Shown here: positions 25,822 through 30,300 of the stretch, one piece after another | Layout of the letters: the number at the start of each line of letters is the position of its first letter | Numbering within the stretch: position 1 is the first letter of the stretch | UHGV virus genome: UHGV-1280366 | Reading direction: 5' to 3' (one strand) | DNA from: a virus | Length of the DNA: 30,300 nt | Position numbers and translations under genes: made by a program | The notes under the pieces: generated by a model | The model's database searches: none | Told to the model about the DNA's origin: nothing | What the model saw: the letters and a program-made list of their open reading frames with translations, nothing else

Positions 25822-25998
25822 ATGCTTAGCCCATCCCAATCCCTTCAATACCAGAAAGAAAGCGTCGAGCGGGCTTTAACGTGCGCTAACTGCGGTCAGA
25901 AGCTGCATGTGCTGGAAGTTCACGTGTGTGAGCACTGCTGCGCAGAACTGATGAGCGATCCGAATAGCTCAATGTACGAGGAAGAAGACGATGAGTGA
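25822..25998 (+). CDS. ninF: NinF (copy 2, identical duplicate)
   Basis: Identical sequence to 25380-25556, shifted by 442 bp. Confidence 0.75.
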   Translation: MLSPSQSLQYQKESVERALTCANCGQKLHVLEVHVCEHCCAELMSDPNSSMYEEEDDE

Positions 25999-26203
25999 TT
26001 ACCTGAAATGGTATCTCTGCCACCGCTGGTTAATTAAGTTTGCTGTAAAAGACTGGATGACAGCGGATGCCAACAAGCTTAAGCAAAGAAAAGACTATTA
26101 CTACGCCAGAATGAAGGAAAACTACTGCTCAATTCGCACTCGCATATTTATTAAAAAAGACCTTCAGTCAATTCTTCAATTGCGAGGGAAGGTAAATGGC
26201 TAA
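25991..26203 (+). CDS. hypothetical nin-region protein (70 aa)
   Basis: ORF with ATG overlapping the ninF stop (ATGAGTGA); intact only in the second copy. Confidence 0.5.
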   Translation: MSDYLKWYLCHRWLIKFAVKDWMTADANKLKQRKDYYYARMKENYCSIRTRIFIKKDLQSILQLRGKVNG

Positions 26204-26486
26204 CCTACGCAAAGAAGCGCGCGGCAGAGAATGCCAGGTACGTATTTACGGCGTATGCAATGGCAACCCTGAAACTACAGTTCTGGCACATTACCGGATG
26301 GCTGGAATTTGCGGAACGGGAATGAAGCCTGACGACCTGATCGGCGCATGGGCTTGTAGCGCGTGTCACGATGAAATCGACCGACGCACCCATAACCTCG
26401 ACAACAAAGACGCCAGACTTTACCACCTCGAAGGCGTGATCAGGACGCAGGCGATACTGCTGAAGGAGGGGAAGATTAAGTCATGA
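26196..26486 (+). CDS. DUF1364-family (YbcO-like) zinc-binding nin-region protein
   Basis: 96 aa with CxxC...CxxCH pattern; positioned immediately upstream of rusA as ybcO is in DLP12. Confidence 0.7.
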   Translation: MANLRKEARGRECQVRIYGVCNGNPETTVLAHYRMAGICGTGMKPDDLIGAWACSACHDEIDRRTHNLDNKDARLYHLEGVIRTQAILLKEGKIKS

Positions 26487-26845
26487 ACGAATATCAGTTT
26501 GTGCTTCCATACCCGCCGTCGGTGAATACCTACTGGCGAAGACGGGGAAGCCAATACTACATCAGCGATAAAGGCCAGAAATACCGAAAAGACGTTCAGC
26601 AAATCATCCACCAACTCAAGTTAGATATTTTCACCAAATCACGACTCCGCATCAAAGTCATCGCAGACGTTCCAGACTCCCGCCGCCGCGACCTCGATAA
26701 CATCCTGAAAGGTTTACTCGACTCCCTTATCCACGCCGGATTTGCGGAAGACGACGAGCAATTCGATGACATTCGCGTAATTCGTGGCGTGAAAGTACCA
26801 GGCGGAAGGCTTGGAATAAAAATCACCGAACTGGAGAACGTATGA
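26483..26845 (+). CDS. rusA: RusA Holliday-junction resolvase
   Basis: 120 aa; conserved motifs (LPYPPSVN.YWR, PDSRRRDLDN, GGRLGIKITE) match RusA. Confidence 0.9.
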   Translation: MNEYQFVLPYPPSVNTYWRRRGSQYYISDKGQKYRKDVQQIIHQLKLDIFTKSRLRIKVIADVPDSRRRDLDNILKGLLDSLIHAGFAEDDEQFDDIRVIRGVKVPGGRLGIKITELENV

Positions 26846-27030
26846 ACGCCACAATTCAAACGATACCAGAGCTTCTTATCCAGACACGAGGCAATCAGAC
26901 CGAAGTGGCGAGGATGCTTTCCTGCGCAAGAGGAACAGTGCTCAAGTACAACCGAGACAGCAAAGGCGAGCGTCACGTAATAGTTAACGGCGTCCTGATG
27001 GTCAAACATGGCAAGAGGGGAAGACGATGA
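26842..27030 (+). CDS. ninH: NinH
   Basis: ...YGNQTEVARMLSCARGTVLKY...VLMV resembles lambda NinH HTH protein; overlaps neighbours by 4 bp. Confidence 0.7.
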   Translation: MNATIQTIPELLIQTRGNQTEVARMLSCARGTVLKYNRDSKGERHVIVNGVLMVKHGKRGRR

Positions 27031-27515
27031 GCATAAGAGAACTAAACCTCACCAAAGAACAGCACGATTGGCTGAATGGCTGGCTTGAACTGTGGGGCGC
27101 ATGGGTTTATTCAGGCCGCCTGGAAAAGCGCATGAGCAGCGTAATAGCGAAGTTCATGGAGAGCGTAGAGCCGGGAAGAGTTATGACAAGGCCAATGTGT
27201 AATGATGATGATGGAATGTTGATTTCTCAGGTCGTCGATTCCGTCATGTACATTGACAAGAAAGCCTTTGGCATCCTCCTCAGCTACTACGCTCATGGAT
27301 CTTCCAAGCATGCCATTGCATCTTACTATCATCGTGTCGCAAGACCTCGCAAGATGTTATGCCGTGGCGGCGGGCGTATTCAAAAACCATCGCTCGCAAC
27401 CTGTCGCCGGGAAGTTGACGAAATCCTTAATGCCTCGTTGTTTATGATTTATCCAGTTCTGGATAGTGCGTTTAAAAACCGGAAATGTGTAGAGAAAATT
27501 AAACATGTAGCATAG
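27027..27515 (+). CDS. Q: late-gene antiterminator Q
   Basis: Positioned before pR'/tR' and the lysis genes; WGAW...PMCNDDDGMLIS pattern resembles Q proteins of the phage 21/82 type as recalled. Confidence 0.75.
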   Translation: MSIRELNLTKEQHDWLNGWLELWGAWVYSGRLEKRMSSVIAKFMESVEPGRVMTRPMCNDDDGMLISQVVDSVMYIDKKAFGILLSYYAHGSSKHAIASYYHRVARPRKMLCRGGGRIQKPSLATCRREVDEILNASLFMIYPVLDSAFKNRKCVEKIKHVA

Positions 27516-27519
27516 AACG

Positions 27520-27560
27520 TGTTGACATCATTGAGCAAATGAGCAACACTATTGGAATAA
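27520..27560 (+). promoter_or_regulatory. pR' late promoter / qut region
   Basis: -35 TTGACA at 27523-27528 just after the Q stop; the -10 is not confidently placed. Confidence 0.45.
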
Positions 27561-27562
27561 GC

Positions 27563-27605
27563 TGCCGTTAGTGACTCTTAAGTTGCAACGGTGGCTTTTT
27601 TATTT
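27563..27605 (+). terminator. tR' terminator
   Basis: CCGTT...AACGG hairpin followed by GGCTTTTTTATTTG. Confidence 0.5.
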
Positions 27606-27679
27606 GCACAACAGGTAAGAGCATTGAACCCGCAGACCTCGCGGAATTGGCGAAAGGTGCCGCGCAGTGCTCTTATCGT

Positions 27680-27806
27680 TGTGGTGAAGCTCAATGGCGA
27701 GCTAGCAGATAGGCGATAGTGAAAATACTAGTCATGTAGCTGACCGCCGCGCGTACTGCAATCGGCAGCGCACCGATGGAAGCCGGTTCGATTCCGGCCG
27801 CCACAA
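27680..27806 (+). pseudogene. tRNA-like remnant (acceptor/D-arm-like 5' part and canonical-looking T-arm plus acceptor 3' part separated by about 55 extra nt)
   Basis: T-arm GCCGG-TTCGATT-CCGGC (27782-27798); 7-bp acceptor pairing TGTGGTG (27680-27686) with CGCCACA (27799-27805); D-arm-like GCTC-aatggc-GAGC; ATCGG-cagcgca-CCGAT stem-loop at 27761-27777. Overall length 127 nt is too long for a functional tRNA. Confidence 0.3.
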
Positions 27807-28051
27807 CCCAAACTGAGCCGTAGCCACTGGCTATCCTGAATTCATCAGTGATAGTTACGCTGCGGCCTTCTACACATGACCTTCGTGAAAGCGGGTGGCA
27901 AGAGGCTGCGCTAACAACCTCCTGCCGTTTTGCCCGTGCATATCGGTCACGAACAAATCTGATTACTAAACACAGTAGCCTGGATTTGTTCTATCAGTAA
28001 TCGACCTTATTCCTAATTAAATAGAGCAAATCCCCTTATTGGGGGTAAGAC

Positions 28052-28375
28052 ATGAAGATGCCAGAAAAACATGACCTGTTAGCCGCCATTCTCGCGGCAA
28101 AGGAACAAGGCATCGGGGCAATCCTTGCGTTTGCAATGGCGTACCTTCGCGGCAGATATAATGGCGGTGCGTTTACAAAAACAGTAATCGACGCAACGAT
28201 GTGCGCCATTATCGCCTGGTTCATTCGTGACCTTCTCGACTTCGCCGGACTAAGTAGCAATCTCGCTTATATAACGAGCGTGTTCATCGGCTACATCGGT
28301 ACTGACTCGATTGGTTCGCTTATCAAACGCTTCGCTGCTAAAAAAGCCGGAATAGAAGATGGTGGAAATCAATAA
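28052..28375 (+). CDS. S: holin S (S107; S105 would start at 28058)
   Basis: Near-identical to lambda S as recalled ([41 protein letters not shown]...), dual-start motif MKM. Confidence 0.95.
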   Translation: MKMPEKHDLLAAILAAKEQGIGAILAFAMAYLRGRYNGGAFTKTVIDATMCAIIAWFIRDLLDFAGLSSNLAYITSVFIGYIGTDSIGSLIKRFAAKKAGIEDGGNQ

Positions 28376-28835
28376 TCAACGTAAGGCGTTCCTCGATATG
28401 CTGGCGTGGTCAGAGGGAACTGATAACGGACGTCAGAAAACCAGAAATCATGGTTATGACGTCATTGTAGGCGGAGAGCTATTCACTGATTACTCTGATC
28501 ACCCTCGCAAACTTGTCACGTTAAACCCCAAACTCAAATCAACAGCAGCCGGACGTTACCAGCTTCTTTCCCGTTGGTGGGATGCTTACCGTAAGCAGCT
28601 TGGCCTGAAAGACTTCTCTCCCAAAAGCCAGGACGCTGTTGCGCTGCAGCAGATTAAGGAGCGTGGCGCTTTACCAATGATTGATCGCGGTGATATCCGT
28701 CAGGCAATCGACCGTTGCAGCAATATCTGGGCTTCACTGCCGGGTGCTGGTTATGGTCAGTTCGAGCATAAGGCTGACAACCTGATTGCAAAATTCAAAG
28801 AGGCTGGCGGAACGGTCAGAGAGATTGAGGTATGA
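28359..28835 (+). CDS. R: endolysin R (lytic transglycosylase)
   Basis: Near-identical to lambda R as recalled ([39 protein letters not shown]...). Confidence 0.95.
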   Translation: MVEINNQRKAFLDMLAWSEGTDNGRQKTRNHGYDVIVGGELFTDYSDHPRKLVTLNPKLKSTAAGRYQLLSRWWDAYRKQLGLKDFSPKSQDAVALQQIKERGALPMIDRGDIRQAIDRCSNIWASLPGAGYGQFEHKADNLIAKFKEAGGTVREIEV

Positions 28836-29299
28836 GCAGAGTAACCGCGATTATCTCCGCTCTGGTTATCTGCATCATCGTTTGCCTGTCATGGGCTGTT
28901 AATCATTACCGTGATAACGCCATCGCCTACAAAGAACAGCGTGATAAAAAAGGCAGTGAGCTGAAGCAGGCGACCGCCACCATTACTGACATGCAGCAGC
29001 GCCAGCGGGATGTTGCTGCACTCGATGCAAAATACACGAAGGAGTTAGCTGATGCGCAAGCTGAAAATGATGCTCTTCGGCGTAAGCTTGATAATGGTGG
29101 TCGGGTGCTCGTCAAAGGAAAATGCCCTGTGCCAGCCTCAGCCAAAACTTCCAGCGCCTCCGGCATGGGCAATGATGCCACCGTCGAACTCTCTTCAGTT
29201 GCTGGACGAAACGTTCTCGGTATCCGGGAAGGAATTATCCGCGACCAAACAGCACTGAGAGCGCTTCAGGAATACATCAGGACGCAATGCCTTCGATGA
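28832..29299 (+). CDS. Rz: spanin inner-membrane subunit Rz
   Basis: N-terminal TM helix ([23 protein letters not shown]) and coiled-coil, as in lambda Rz. Confidence 0.9.
   Translation: MSRVTAIISALVICIIVCLSWAVNHYRDNAIAYKEQRDKKGSELKQATATITDMQQRQRDVAALDAKYTKELADAQAENDALRRKLDNGGRVLVKGKCPVPASAKTSSASGMGNDATVELSSVAGRNVLGIREGIIRDQTALRALQEYIRTQCLR
29052..29258 (+). CDS. Rz1: spanin outer-membrane lipoprotein Rz1, embedded in Rz in a different frame
   Basis: Lipobox (LIMVVGC) and proline-rich mature region ([16 protein letters not shown]); lies entirely within Rz. Confidence 0.8.
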   Translation: MRKLKMMLFGVSLIMVVGCSSKENALCQPQPKLPAPPAWAMMPPSNSLQLLDETFSVSGKELSATKQH

Positions 29300-29724
29300 T
29301 AGCGATAATTTTACTCATCATCCTTCACATCTGGCTCTGTAGACAGGGTGGTGATCACTTCTGGAGTGAATCCAGATTAAACATCTCATTGCTGGTGCTT
29401 GAAGTTGAGCATCTGGCGCGCGGTAAGGGGCTGCGTTGAGATAAGAGCCAGTTCATTACAAAGCCCATCTACGGGTGGGCTTGATAATGAAACCGTGATT
29501 TACATCCCTCACAATCCAGGTATGTAAAAGCTGGATCATGCGAGAACGGATTTAACTAAATCTGTGCACCACCAGTTACGGCAGTACAGCGAAACAACCA
29601 AAGCCAGTAAGTGGGGAAATAACACTGGCAGCCACTGAAAGATGAACCTCCTGCCTTATGGCAAAAAAGATTCTTTGTGGTGGCGGACTGATGGAAAGAC
29701 ATCCGCTGAATCGATAACGAACAA

Positions 29725-29913
29725 GTGGAAGATGTTGCGATGGTTTCCGTAAACAAAGACCAGAAGGAAGGCGTTGAATACATCACTGGTGCTGATGGTG
29801 TGAAAAGGCCAATGGCTTATTACAAATCGGCTGAAGAGAGAGCAAGAATGGAAAATCCCCCTAAATGCGGCTCATTTTTCGACATGCTGAACCTTCAGCA
29901 ATGGAAGTTGTGA
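29725..29913 (+). CDS. small hypothetical protein (62 aa)
   Basis: ORF followed by a terminator-like hairpin; no family recognised; weak RBS. Confidence 0.35.
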   Translation: MEDVAMVSVNKDQKEGVEYITGADGVKRPMAYYKSAEERARMENPPKCGSFFDMLNLQQWKL

Positions 29914-29923
29914 ACAACTAACA

Positions 29924-29946
29924 GGTCGCTCAGGCGGCCTTTTTAT
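29924..29946 (+). terminator. rho-independent terminator
   Basis: GGTCGC-tcag-GCGGCC (one G-U pair) followed by TTTTTAT. Confidence 0.5.
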
Positions 29947-30051
29947 CGCCATCACAAAAGCCATTCCTTACTGAGTGGCTTTGACAATGGCTTATACCCT
30001 ACACGGGATAACTTAACTGATATCCCTTTTAACGGATAAACGGAGCCAACA

Positions 30052-30300
30052 ATGGCAGAGATTATTCCCATGACTGAAGAACAGAAATTCCAGTTAGAGA
30101 TTTACAAGCTGGTCATGAACCAGAACGCAGCCGCAGAGGAAGCATTTCAATTCATTGGCACTGACGAGCTGAAGCTTGAACTATTCAAAATTCACTTCCA
30201 GTCAGGCGGCGCTAATTCAGATATCACGACCCGCACTATCGAAGCGGTGCGTAAATCGAAGGAAGCGTTAGACCTGTTCACTACCGAAGCAGCGGACGCC
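30052..30300 (+). CDS. 5' part of a gene running off the window end (MAEIIPMTEEQKFQLEIYKLVMNQ...), possibly the first packaging/structural gene
   Basis: ATG at 30052 with GGAG-containing sequence upstream; open to the window end; not in the ORF track because it is incomplete. Confidence 0.4.
   Translation, partial: MAEIIPMTEEQKFQLEIYKLVMNQNAAAEEAFQFIGTDELKLELFKIHFQSGGANSDITTRTIEAVRKSKEALDLFTTEAADA

Larger units (their letters stand above)
25199..26082. repeat. perfect tandem direct duplication, 2 x 442 bp (25199-25640 and 25641-26082), with a 7-bp gcaaaga microhomology continuing at 26083-26089
   Basis: Both copies were read side by side with no mismatch seen; the track proteins from the two copies are identical over the shared part. 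Confidence 0.85.

Noticed and set aside
25199-26082. CRISPR array or mobile element as the explanation for the repeated sequence
   Set aside because: Only two long (442-bp) tandem units with coding content; no short repeat-spacer periodicity and no transposase or terminal inverted repeats.
27680-27806. A functional canonical tRNA gene
   Set aside because: No cloverleaf of normal length can be drawn (about 55 extra nt between the D-arm and anticodon arm, anticodon loop lacks U33); kept only as a tRNA-like remnant.
29556-29786. 76-aa minus-strand ORF downstream of Rz (possible bor-like gene)
   Set aside because: No resemblance to the Bor lipoprotein, no lipobox or RBS, and it overlaps the + strand ORF 29725-29913.

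Overview
The window is almost entirely phage DNA: a mosaic lambdoid temperate phage (P22-type immunity region, lambda-type cII/nin/lysis genes, phage-21-type N) in phage rather than integrated-prophage arrangement, because the tailspike gene and the integrase gene converge on a short candidate attP region. Order along the + strand: two large virion (putative DNA-ejection) protein genes; an accessory island with five genes of unknown or antirepressor-like function; tailspike; candidate attP; int and xis; a minus-strand early-left operon (Lar-like, PAPS-reductase-like, Ea22-like, Sak4-like ATPase plus SSB-like, kil, cIII, N); nutL, pL/OL; c2 repressor; OR/pR; cro; nutR; cII; O with ori iterons; a TOPRIM primase/DnaB-type helicase fusion; the nin region (ninB, Dam methyltransferase, ninE, ninF, RusA, ninH); Q; pR'/tR'; a tRNA-like remnant; and the lysis cassette S-R-Rz/Rz1. 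The most notable observations are a consensus LexA box directly upstream of a short antirepressor-domain gene beside a Bro-N antirepressor paralog, a recurring TTACC-N5-GGTAA palindrome in that island, a perfect 442-bp tandem duplication that duplicates ninF, and a 55-bp exact direct repeat at the first gene boundary. All homology statements come from reading the translations against recalled phage protein families; no database search was run. The supplied ORF track appears to translate GTG/TTG starts as M, so several starts were moved to internal ATG codons that have Shine-Dalgarno motifs.
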